Source: a bacterium (GTDB taxonomy: Bacteria; UBA8248). Taken from it: 64,000 nt of DNA. The translations under genes and the position numbers were made by a program. The DNA is taken from contig OZ242260.1 of the NCBI GenBank assembly GCA_965207065.1, positions 992,001 through 1,056,000 on the forward strand, read 5' to 3'. Under the pieces are notes generated by a model. The model ran no database searches, was not told the DNA's origin, and saw only the letters and a program-made list of their open reading frames with translations. Positions 54,110-61,891 of this stretch are shown here, in pieces; the stretch's first letter is position 1, and each line of letters starts with the position of its first letter.

Positions 54110-54610
54110 GTGAAATTCTGCGTCTCCTGCGGGAATCCGCTCGTCTACCGCTCCTGGACGGAGGGAGACGGCACTATGCAGCTTTGCTGCGGCGCGGCGT
54201 CCTGCAACCACGTACATTTCCTGGACCCCAAGGTGGCGGCGGGCGTCGTCGCGACGATCGAGGGCGAAGCCGTGCTCGTCCGCCGCGCCCACAACCCCGG
54301 CAAGGGGCTCTGGACATTCCCGGGCGGCTTCGTGAACCGGGGCGAGGTGGTCCCGGAAGCCGCCGCGCGCGAGGCGAAAGAAGAAGCGGGCATCGAGGTG
54401 GCGGTGGACTCGCTGCTCGGAGTGTACTCGTTCGAGGGAAACGCCACCGTGCTCATCGTCTACACGGGCGTCGTGACGGCGGGCGTCCCCCGCGCCCTGT
54501 CCGAGAGCACGGAAGTCAAGCGCGTCGCGCCCGATGCGATCGACTTCGACGAGCTCGCCTTCGACACCACGCGCGCCGCCATGCGCGACTGGCGGGAGAG
54601 GGTGCGGTAG
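54110..54610 (+). CDS. NUDIX hydrolase with N-terminal zinc ribbon
   Basis: FCVSCG, PGGFVNRGE...AAREAKEE. Confidence 0.9.
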   Translation: MKFCVSCGNPLVYRSWTEGDGTMQLCCGAASCNHVHFLDPKVAAGVVATIEGEAVLVRRAHNPGKGLWTFPGGFVNRGEVVPEAAAREAKEEAGIEVAVDSLLGVYSFEGNATVLIVYTGVVTAGVPRALSESTEVKRVAPDAIDFDELAFDTTRAAMRDWRERVR

Positions 54611-54636
54611 GGGGGAGTCGGGTCATTTTAGAAAGT

Positions 54637-54735
54637 GAACAACCAAGGGAGATTTGACCCTGCCGACAAATCCCTCCACCACGCCGTCTTTCCGGCGAAA
54701 GCCGGAATCCAGAAGATTTTCCTGAGCGATGAAAC
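54637..54735 (+). repeat. About 98-bp direct repeat, copy 1, containing a CGTC-type palindrome and the nuclease ATG
   Basis: 54675-54735 matches 55177-55237 at 59 of 61 nt; the upstream part is more diverged. Confidence 0.9.
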
Positions 54736-55043
54736 AACCCTGCGTATACATTCTCGCAAGTAAACGCAACGGTACGCTCTATGTGGGCGTTACTTCTGAT
54801 CTCATACGGCGGGTCTGGCAACACAAGAACAATGCGACGGGAGGCTTCACAAAGCGCTATGGTGTCCACACCCTGGTCTGGTACGAGAGTCACGAAACCA
54901 TGGAAAGTGCAATTACACATGAGAAGAGACTCAAAAACTGGCCAAGAACGCGAAAGCTCTCATTGATTGAAGCAGGCAATCCGAACTGGTGTGACTTATA
55001 TGAGGACCTCGTCAGCTCTGGATTCCGGCATTCACCGGAATGA
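54729..55043 (+). CDS. Stand-alone GIY-YIG nuclease
   Basis: VYILAS..NGTLYVGVTSDL.RRV.QHK, A...EK..K.W; stop codon lies inside the downstream palindrome. Confidence 0.93.
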   Translation: MKQPCVYILASKRNGTLYVGVTSDLIRRVWQHKNNATGGFTKRYGVHTLVWYESHETMESAITHEKRLKNWPRTRKLSLIEAGNPNWCDLYEDLVSSGFRHSPE

Positions 55044-55046
55044 CGG
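55018..55046 (-). repeat. Inverted copy of the CGTC-type palindrome
   Basis: Reverse complement reads CCGTCATTCCGGTGAATGCCGGAATCCAG. Confidence 0.9.
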
Positions 55047-55139
55047 TCTGAAAACCGAGTGTGGCGAGAAGAAAACGAGAATAGGTATCGGATAATAAGA
55101 TATCGAGCAGTTACGAACAGGTCGCGACCTCTTCAAAAA

Positions 55140-55237
55140 GAACAACCACGGGAGGTTGTCCCCGTCGACGAATTCGTCCACCACGCCGTCATTCCGGCGA
55201 ATGCCGGAATCCAGAAGATTTTCCTGAGCGATGAAAC
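55140..55237 (+). repeat. About 98-bp direct repeat, copy 2, with no nuclease after it
   Basis: CCGTCATTCCGGCGAATGCCGGAATCCAGAAGATTTTCCTGAGCGATGAAAC. Confidence 0.9.
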
Positions 55238-55285
55238 CGACAGACGAGAGAGAAGAACCATTCCCGCAAGCGGTTCCCCGGCCCC

Positions 55286-55621
55286 CTACGATGCGCCTGC
55301 GTATATGAGCGCGCCGGGTTTCAGGGGAGCGTTCTTCTTCGGCTTCTTCACCCGCAACTCCACCGTCATGCCCAGCTTGACCATGTAGTCGATCAGCCGC
55401 TCGCGGGAGAAGCGCGAGAGCTTCCCGTTCATGAGATAGGAGGCTTCTGGTTGCTTGATGTCGAGAATTTTCATCACGTCTTTCTGGGTCAGCTTTCTTG
55501 ACTCGATCGTATTCGATACTTCGCTCAGGAGTTGCGCCCTAAGCATTATTTCATCCGCGTTCGGAAGCCCGAGGTCCTTGAAAATATTGTGGCTTCCTTC
55601 GAAAACTTCAATTTCACTCAT
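55286..55621 (-). CDS. XRE-family HTH protein (HigA-like antitoxin)
   Basis: GSHNIFKDLGL, LTQ......I.QP..S.L..GK...FS.ERL. Confidence 0.88.
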   Translation of the reverse strand: MSEIEVFEGSHNIFKDLGLPNADEIMLRAQLLSEVSNTIESRKLTQKDVMKILDIKQPEASYLMNGKLSRFSRERLIDYMVKLGMTVELRVKKPKKNAPLKPGALIYAGAS

Positions 55622-55674
55622 ATGCTTATCTCCCGCGCTGGCGATTAAAAGGTCAGGGTTTGCAATTTACGAAA

Positions 55675-55702
55675 ATTATAACAATATTGTTATATATGTC
55701 AA
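55675..55702 (-). promoter_or_regulatory. Consensus sigma70 promoter with embedded 18-bp palindromic operator
   Basis: TTGACA-N16-TATAAT with extended TG; TATAACAATATTGTTATA at 55677-55694. Confidence 0.8.
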
Positions 55703-55857
55703 CGTCGGGCTGGCTCACCCTTAATTCGGAAAGCCACTTCCCCCTACACTCCCCATCCAAGCGATCGTATAATCCGGCGTCTTAAGGATATTTATTATTT
55801 TCGACCCAGGAGAGGCTCGCGCGGCGTGACGCCTCTTATCGCATGAGGAGACGACAG

Positions 55858-56535
55858 ATGACGCTGTCAGATGAAACGCTCGCGAAGCTGAGAGAAATCG
55901 ACACGCCCACGGTGTCGAACGCGGTGGAATCCTTCGGCGTTCGCCCCAGGACGCTGGGCCACACCGACGCGAGCATCGAGTGCATGTTCCCCGAGATGGG
56001 CGTGGCGCTCGGCTACGCCGTGACGTTCACGACGGGCGAATACGCGCCCGGCGAGGAGCGGACGCACACTTCAAGAATCGCGCTCTATGAGGCCGTGGCG
56101 GCGGCGCCCAAGCCCTGCGTCCTCGTGCAGCAGGACGTCGGCCCCAAGCCGCTCTCGGCGTGCCTCTGGGGGGAGATCATGTCGAACCTGTTCTCGCGCC
56201 TGGGAGCCGAGGGCGTGGTGACGGACGGGGTGGTGCGCGACATCGAGGAGATGCGCAAGGCGGGCTTCAAGACCTGGTGCGCGGGCATGACGGTCTCGCG
56301 CGGCGACGTGCGCGTGGTGGCGGTGAACACGCCGGTGGCCGTCGGCGGGATGGCCGTGGCGCCGGGCGACCTGATCCACGCGGACGGGGGCGGCGCGGTG
56401 GTGGTGCCCAAAGAAATCGCGGCGGATATCCCCGGCGCCGCCGAGCGCGTGCTCGCCAAGGAAGCCGAACTCCTCGACGCCATCCGCGCGGATGACTTCA
56501 GCCTGGACGACCTGGTGAAGCGGTTTTATTCGTGA
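55858..56535 (+). CDS. RraA-family protein (HMG aldolase-like)
   Basis: DTPTVSNA, WGEIM, TDGVVRD, PGDLIHAD. Confidence 0.88.
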   Translation: MTLSDETLAKLREIDTPTVSNAVESFGVRPRTLGHTDASIECMFPEMGVALGYAVTFTTGEYAPGEERTHTSRIALYEAVAAAPKPCVLVQQDVGPKPLSACLWGEIMSNLFSRLGAEGVVTDGVVRDIEEMRKAGFKTWCAGMTVSRGDVRVVAVNTPVAVGGMAVAPGDLIHADGGGAVVVPKEIAADIPGAAERVLAKEAELLDAIRADDFSLDDLVKRFYS

Positions 56536-56575
56536 GGGGTGGAGGACCACCCGGCATATCCGTAAGCAATCCTGC

Positions 56576-56603
56576 GTAGGGACAGGTCGTGACCTGTCCC
56601 TAC
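56576..56603. repeat. GTAG-type REP palindrome
   Basis: GTAGGGACAGGTC-GT-GACCTGTCCCTAC between convergent genes. Confidence 0.8.
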
Positions 56604-56669
56604 TGAAATTCCATATTCTTCTGACAATTCCTGGAAAATTGATTTCTTCTTTACGGAATCTTCCGCCCC

Positions 56670-57293
56670 CTATCCACCGGCGAGCCAGCGCTCGGCCGCT
56701 TCGCGCACTTCGGCTTCCTTCTCGGTCCTGGCGATGGTGATCCCCTCCGGAGGCGTCTGCCCCGTCCGCGCGTTCCGCCAGCAGTGGTAGCGGATGTTCA
56801 AGGGGTATTGCTCCAGGTTCATGTCCTCGTAGAAGGAATCCGGTATTTCCCGGGGATTGTGCGCGTCCATGCGGTCCTTCTCGTAGATGGCCGTGCGGTT
56901 GAAAATCCGCCATCTGCCGTCGCGCTTTTCCACCTGGTCGAGATAGCAGCTCCAGGTGTGGAAATCGAAGGCGTAGCCGTCCAGGAGACGCCGGTTGTGG
57001 AGAATGACGTCGTACTCGATGATCGCGCGCTCGCCGTTCAGCCGCACCCTCGGGTTCGCGTTGACGTGCTTGGTGAACTCCTGCACGTCGCGCGAGGCCA
57101 TCATCTTCACGGAGCGCTCGATGAATTCATCCACCGGGCCGGAGTGCCAGCTCACCGTCACGCATCCGTCGGGGTGGTAGCAGTCCCGGAGCGTCTCCCA
57201 GTCGCCCTTGTCGCGGGAGTAACAGGCTGCGGCGACGACTTCCTGAATCTCGAATTTATCGAGCATGTTCTGCAGTCTTTCGGAATCCGGCAT
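56670..57293 (-). CDS. SnoaL/NTF2-like protein
   Basis: RDKGDW..L..CY, Y.D..EKRDGRWRI. Confidence 0.82.
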   Translation of the reverse strand: MPDSERLQNMLDKFEIQEVVAAACYSRDKGDWETLRDCYHPDGCVTVSWHSGPVDEFIERSVKMMASRDVQEFTKHVNANPRVRLNGERAIIEYDVILHNRRLLDGYAFDFHTWSCYLDQVEKRDGRWRIFNRTAIYEKDRMDAHNPREIPDSFYEDMNLEQYPLNIRYHCWRNARTGQTPPEGITIARTEKEAEVREAAERWLAGG

Positions 57294-57371
57294 GGCGATC
57301 CTCCCGTTCCGGGCCGGCCTGCTCGCAGGCGTTTTCGGAGGTTCGAGTCGTTTCAGGGAAAACAGACGCAA

Positions 57372-57410
57372 AGCAGCCCCTCGCCCGATGAGGACGGACA
57401 AGGGGCTGCT
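57372..57410 (-). terminator. Stem-loop after the binding-protein gene (terminator or mRNA stabiliser)
   Basis: AGCAGCCCCT-N19-AGGGGCTGCT; weak U tract. Confidence 0.5.
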
Positions 57411-57424
57411 GTGGGTTTAGGTTT

Positions 57425-58963
57425 CTACTTTTCGAGATACGCCTTGCGCCAGTAAAGCCGCTCGCCGGGGTGGACGATTACCCCTTTGAGCTTCTTGGAT
57501 TTTCCGACCAGCATGACTTCCTGCTTGAAGAAGACCCAGGGCGGATTGTCGATGACCATCTTCGCCGCCTTCTTGTACATCGCCTTGCGCTTGACCGGGT
57601 CGTTGACCTGGCGCGCCTCGTCCACGATCTTCTCGAGTTCGGGGTTCTTGTAACGGGTGTAGTTCCCCGAACGCCCGTGGGTGGCGGAGTGGAACTTGTT
57701 GTACATGACCATGTCCGGGTCGCCCGTGGACACGCCCCAGCCGTAGAGGAACATGGGCGCTTTGCCCTTCCGTACGGAGGGGGCGACGAGGCCCCAGGAG
57801 CCCGTGCGGAGCTTCGCCTGGATGCCCACGTTCGCCAGTTGGGCCTGAATGGCTTCGGCCGCGACCTTATCGGCCGTGTACCTGCCGGTGGGGTGCCAGA
57901 ACTCGGTCTTGAACCCGTTGGGATATCCCGCCTTCGCCAACAACTCCTTGGCTTTTTTCGGGTTGTAGGAGTAGCCCATTTTTTCGAACTCGGGGTCATA
58001 ACCCCAGACGGTCGGCCCGAAGGGTCCGCGGATGGGCCGCCCCACGCCGAGCATGACCTTCTCGATGATGGTCTTCGTGTCGATGGCGTAGTTCATCGCC
58101 TGGCGGACGATCGGGTTGTCGAATGGTTTATGCAGCATGCTCATTCCGATGAAGATCACCCGGAACAGGGGCGCTTTCACCAGGTCCAGCTTGGGGTCCT
58201 TGTCCACTTCGCCCAACTGCGCGGGCGGCAGGAACATGGCCAACTGTGCCTGACCGGAGCGAAGCTGCAATACCCGCGTCGTGGCTTCGGGGACCAGCCG
58301 GAATTCCAGAACGTCGATCTTGGGTTTTCCGTCCCAGTAATCGGGGTTGGCCTTGAAGCGGATGTATTCACCCGCCACCCATTTCTCAAAAATGAACGGG
58401 CCGGTTCCGACCGGGTTGCGGCGGAAATTCTTCCCGTGTTTCTTGATGGCGGTGGGGCTGCCGATGGCGGCGACCGGCGTGCCCAGGTTCAGCAGGATGG
58501 GGGCGAAGGGATACTTGAGCCCGATCTGGACCGTGTGGTCGTCGATGACGCTGACGTCCTTGATCATGGCGATCCATTTCCTGAGACGTGCGCGCTTGTG
58601 GCTTCGCGTGCGGTCGAGATTGAACTTCACGGCCGCGGCGTTGAAGGGCGTGCCGTCGTGGAACTTCACCCCCTTGCGCAGCTTGAAGACGAGCGTGGTG
58701 GGGTTCTTGAACTCCCATGAAGTGGCGAGCCGGCCCTCGATCTTGCCGTCCAGGCGGTGAAAGGTCAGCGAGTCGTACAGGCTCGTCTGGACGTTCAGGT
58801 CCGCGGAACCGGCCGGGTGAAGGGCGTTGTCGAGACTCTTGGGCTCCGCTCCGTGTACGAAGACGACCTTGGACGCCGCCGATGAAATCCCCCACGTAAG
58901 GGCGATGGCCGCAAAAAACAGCACTCCGGCGCCAACGAATTTTCTGGTACTTGTGCTCAGCAT
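57425..58963 (-). CDS. Peptide/glutathione ABC substrate-binding protein (family 5)
   Basis: Signal peptide, LRKGVKFHDGTPFNA, GTGPF, VRQAMNYAID. Confidence 0.93.
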   Translation of the reverse strand: MLSTSTRKFVGAGVLFFAAIALTWGISSAASKVVFVHGAEPKSLDNALHPAGSADLNVQTSLYDSLTFHRLDGKIEGRLATSWEFKNPTTLVFKLRKGVKFHDGTPFNAAAVKFNLDRTRSHKRARLRKWIAMIKDVSVIDDHTVQIGLKYPFAPILLNLGTPVAAIGSPTAIKKHGKNFRRNPVGTGPFIFEKWVAGEYIRFKANPDYWDGKPKIDVLEFRLVPEATTRVLQLRSGQAQLAMFLPPAQLGEVDKDPKLDLVKAPLFRVIFIGMSMLHKPFDNPIVRQAMNYAIDTKTIIEKVMLGVGRPIRGPFGPTVWGYDPEFEKMGYSYNPKKAKELLAKAGYPNGFKTEFWHPTGRYTADKVAAEAIQAQLANVGIQAKLRTGSWGLVAPSVRKGKAPMFLYGWGVSTGDPDMVMYNKFHSATHGRSGNYTRYKNPELEKIVDEARQVNDPVKRKAMYKKAAKMVIDNPPWVFFKQEVMLVGKSKKLKGVIVHPGERLYWRKAYLEK

Positions 58964-59184
58964 GTACATCCCTCCTTGGATAGGAATATCAGAGAAAAAG
59001 TTCCGGCGCTTAAGTGCGCGCCGACCTCTGAAGCAACACTCTTGGTTCACCAGTTTGTAAGCTTGGTCTCCATTTTAGGTTTTACACGGCGAACATGCAA
59101 TATGATGCGGCCTCTTTGCGGGGGTGGTGGGGAAGGGCCACAGAAGGAGCGCGCTGAATTTCACTCTTCCCCTTGTAGAGAAGC

Positions 59185-59374
59185 AACCACTCCCCCCTTG
59201 AGGGTCGGGCATCCCGAGGGGAATGCCCGACAGTGAACTGAGGGCGCAAGCCCGAAAGTGAACTGGTGGGGGGTATAACTCGGAGTGGCGATAAAACGCG
59301 ATTCACCCCCCACCGATTCAGCCTTCGCACAAACCGCTCGGCTTCATCGACTCCCCCTCAAGGGGGGAGTGGTT
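59185..59374. repeat. 190-bp non-coding element with perfect 20-bp terminal inverted repeats
   Basis: AACCACTCCCCCCTTGAGGG at 59185-59204 and its reverse complement at 59355-59374; internal hairpins. Confidence 0.85.
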
Positions 59375-59443
59375 CTTCTCTCTCGTCTGTCGATTACATG
59401 AGCCGAATCACGTAAACAAGTTTTTCCAACAAAGCCTTTAGCT

Positions 59444-59620
59444 GGCTGTTGAAAAAGCCGGAGAAGAAAATTTGTTTGTGTGTAGGGGCCGCATACATGC
59501 GGCCCACCCCGTCCGGCATGCGGGACGCATGTATGCGTCCCCTACACGGAAACGGCAATGATGCCGGAATGACGGCGGTGATCAATTCCGACCGAGCGGA
59601 GAGGACTCTTTTCAACAACC
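59444..59620. mobile_element. MITE-like element enclosing a REP doublet
   Basis: Ends GGCTGTTGAAAA and TTTTCAACAACC (11 of 12 inverted match). Confidence 0.55.
59482..59545. repeat. GTAG-type REP doublet (REPIN-like)
   Basis: GTAGGGGCCGCATACATGCGGCCC-N16-GGGACGCATGTATGCGTCCCCTAC. Confidence 0.85.
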
Positions 59621-59719
59621 CGAAAAAGGCTGATCGCATCGTGCATTCGGTCCGGTTATGATAGCATCGAACCCTCTTTCAAAGTGATTTGGTTCTCTTG
59701 CGGGCGGGAAGGCGCGTTC

Positions 59720-60652
59720 ATGGTCGAATACATCGCGAGGAGAGTGGTCCTGCTCATCCCCGTTCTCATCGGCGTCTCGCTCGTTATCTTCCTCTCCATC
59801 CGCCTCGTTCCGGGAGACCCGGCCGAAGCCCTGGCGGGCGAATTCGCGGATGAGGAATATATCGCGGAAATACGCCGGATATACGGGCTGGACCAGCCCC
59901 TCCACGTCCAGTACGGCATGTTCATGAAGCGGGCCCTGCAGGGAGACCTGGGCCGCTCGATCCTCTCCGACAGGCCCGTGCTGGGCGAAGTCTGGTCCCG
60001 CTTCCTGAACACGCTTCAACTCGCTTTCTGGGCGGTGCTCCTCGCCACCATTGTGGGCCTGCTGGCCGGGGTGATCTCGGCGACGAACCCTTATTCCAAG
60101 TTCGACTACGGCAGCATGGCGGGCGCGCTTCTTGGGATATCCATGCCTTCGTTCTGGTTCGGCCTTCTTCTGATGGCGTTTTTTTCCGTATACCTCGGGT
60201 GGCTGCCGGCGGGAGGAAAAGGCACGGCGGCGCACTTGATCATGCCGGTGGTCACGCTCGGCCTGACGGGGGCCGGCCTCATCGCGCGCATGACGCGCAA
60301 CACCATGCTCGAAATCACCGGCAGCGAGTACATCACCACGGCGCGCTCGAAAGGACTGGCGAGCGGGAAGGTCCATTACGTCCACGCGCTCAAGAACGCC
60401 ATGCTCCCCGTCATCACCGTGATCGGCCTCCAGTCGGGATACCTGCTGGGCGGGTCGGTGATCACCGAATCGGTGTTCGCCTGGCCGGGCCTGGGCCGCT
60501 ACATCGTCGAGGCCATCAAGCTGCGGGATTACGCCGCGGTGCAGGGTTCGCTGCTGTTCTTCGCGCTCACGTTCGCCGTGGTGAACCTGACGGTGGACCT
60601 CCTCTACGCGATCTTCAACCCGCGCGTCCGCTACGGGGGGTCGGGCGAATGA
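59720..60652 (+). CDS. Peptide ABC permease (DppB/GsiC-like)
   Basis: PGDPA, GLDQP, GDLGRS, TARSKGL, ESVFAWPGLG. Confidence 0.94.
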   Translation: MVEYIARRVVLLIPVLIGVSLVIFLSIRLVPGDPAEALAGEFADEEYIAEIRRIYGLDQPLHVQYGMFMKRALQGDLGRSILSDRPVLGEVWSRFLNTLQLAFWAVLLATIVGLLAGVISATNPYSKFDYGSMAGALLGISMPSFWFGLLLMAFFSVYLGWLPAGGKGTAAHLIMPVVTLGLTGAGLIARMTRNTMLEITGSEYITTARSKGLASGKVHYVHALKNAMLPVITVIGLQSGYLLGGSVITESVFAWPGLGRYIVEAIKLRDYAAVQGSLLFFALTFAVVNLTVDLLYAIFNPRVRYGGSGE

Positions 60653-61545
60653 GCCAGGCCGCCGAAGTCGCAACCGGCATGCAGGAACTGGAAAGCGCGC
60701 CGATTCGCGGCATGTGGGAGGATACCCTGCGCCGTCTCCTCCGGCACCGCGTCGCCGTTGTGGGCTGCGTCTTCGTCTTCATATTCGTCGCTGTCTCACT
60801 CCTGGCGCCCGTCGTTGCCCCTTACGACCCCATTAAAGCGGATTTCCAGGCGGCGCTGAAAAAACCCTCCCTCGAGCATCCTTTCGGGACGGACCATTTC
60901 GGGCGCGACGTGCTGAGCCGCATCATTTACGGCGCGCGCACCTCGCTCCTGATCGGGGTGTTCTCCGTGCTCATCGCCGCGTTCGGGGGCGTGCTGCTGG
61001 GGCTCGTCGGCGGATACATGGGGGGATGGCTCGACAACCTCATCATGCGGATCGTGGACGTCTCGCTCACCTTCCCGCGCATCCTGCTCTCCATTCTGCT
61101 CATCGCCATCATCGGCACGGGGATGGAGAACATCATGCTGGCGGTGGGCATCTTCGCGATACCGACTTACGCGCGGCTGGTCCGCAGTTCGGTGCTGGTG
61201 CTGAAAGAAACCGAATTCGTGGAGGCGGCCCAGGCGATAGGCGGCTCGAGCCGCCGCGTGCTGTTCCTGCACATCTTTCCGGGGACGCTCGGCCCCGTCG
61301 TCGTGCAGTCCACCTTCCTCATCGCGACTTCCATCCGCGTGGCGGCGGGCCTGAGCTTCCTGGGCATCGGGGTGCCCCCGCCCACGCCCGAATGGGGGAC
61401 CATGCTCGCCGACGCGCGCTCCTACATGGCCCTGGCGCCGCACCTGCTCGCCATACCCGGCTTCGCCCTCATGGCGGTGGTGCTCTCCTTCAACCTGCTG
61501 GGGGACGGGCTGCGCGATGCGCTCGATCCGAAGCTGAGGAGGTAG
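60649..61545 (+). CDS. Peptide ABC permease (DppC/GsiD-like)
   Basis: HPFGTD.FGRD, FVEAA, PEWG, NLLGDGLRDALDP. Confidence 0.94.
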   Translation: MSQAAEVATGMQELESAPIRGMWEDTLRRLLRHRVAVVGCVFVFIFVAVSLLAPVVAPYDPIKADFQAALKKPSLEHPFGTDHFGRDVLSRIIYGARTSLLIGVFSVLIAAFGGVLLGLVGGYMGGWLDNLIMRIVDVSLTFPRILLSILLIAIIGTGMENIMLAVGIFAIPTYARLVRSSVLVLKETEFVEAAQAIGGSSRRVLFLHIFPGTLGPVVVQSTFLIATSIRVAAGLSFLGIGVPPPTPEWGTMLADARSYMALAPHLLAIPGFALMAVVLSFNLLGDGLRDALDPKLRR

Positions 61546-61891
61546 GGGGGGAGGAGTTTAAGTATTTTTTAACAACTGCACCGGGCGGCATATCCATCAA
61601 CAATTCTGTGTAATTGCGACCTGTTCTTCTGGAGTTGGTGCGGTTTTGTTCGTCATTCCAAGCAAGTAGGGTTTTTTACAACCCCACACCTGCCCCCTAT
61701 TTTACTTTATTGGAACTGATAATCGTCATAATAAAAAAAGTGAAGTAAAATTTCCGTGCTGGTTTGATAATGTTAATTCTTTTTAAAGAGACTCGCTTTG
61801 ATCGACAGTTTTGCTTCGTCCTCACGAGAGTTGCCATACAAGAAGTGTGCGCAAGGATTTTGAGACGTTCGATTTTACGGGAGGTGCGGAC

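Noticed and set aside
54637-55265. CRISPR array interpretation of the repeats
   Set aside because: Only three copies, mixed orientation, no regular spacers and no cas genes
55059-55388. 109-aa plus-strand ORF
   Set aside because: Translation of the palindromic repeat (VIPANAGIQ) and antisense to the HTH gene
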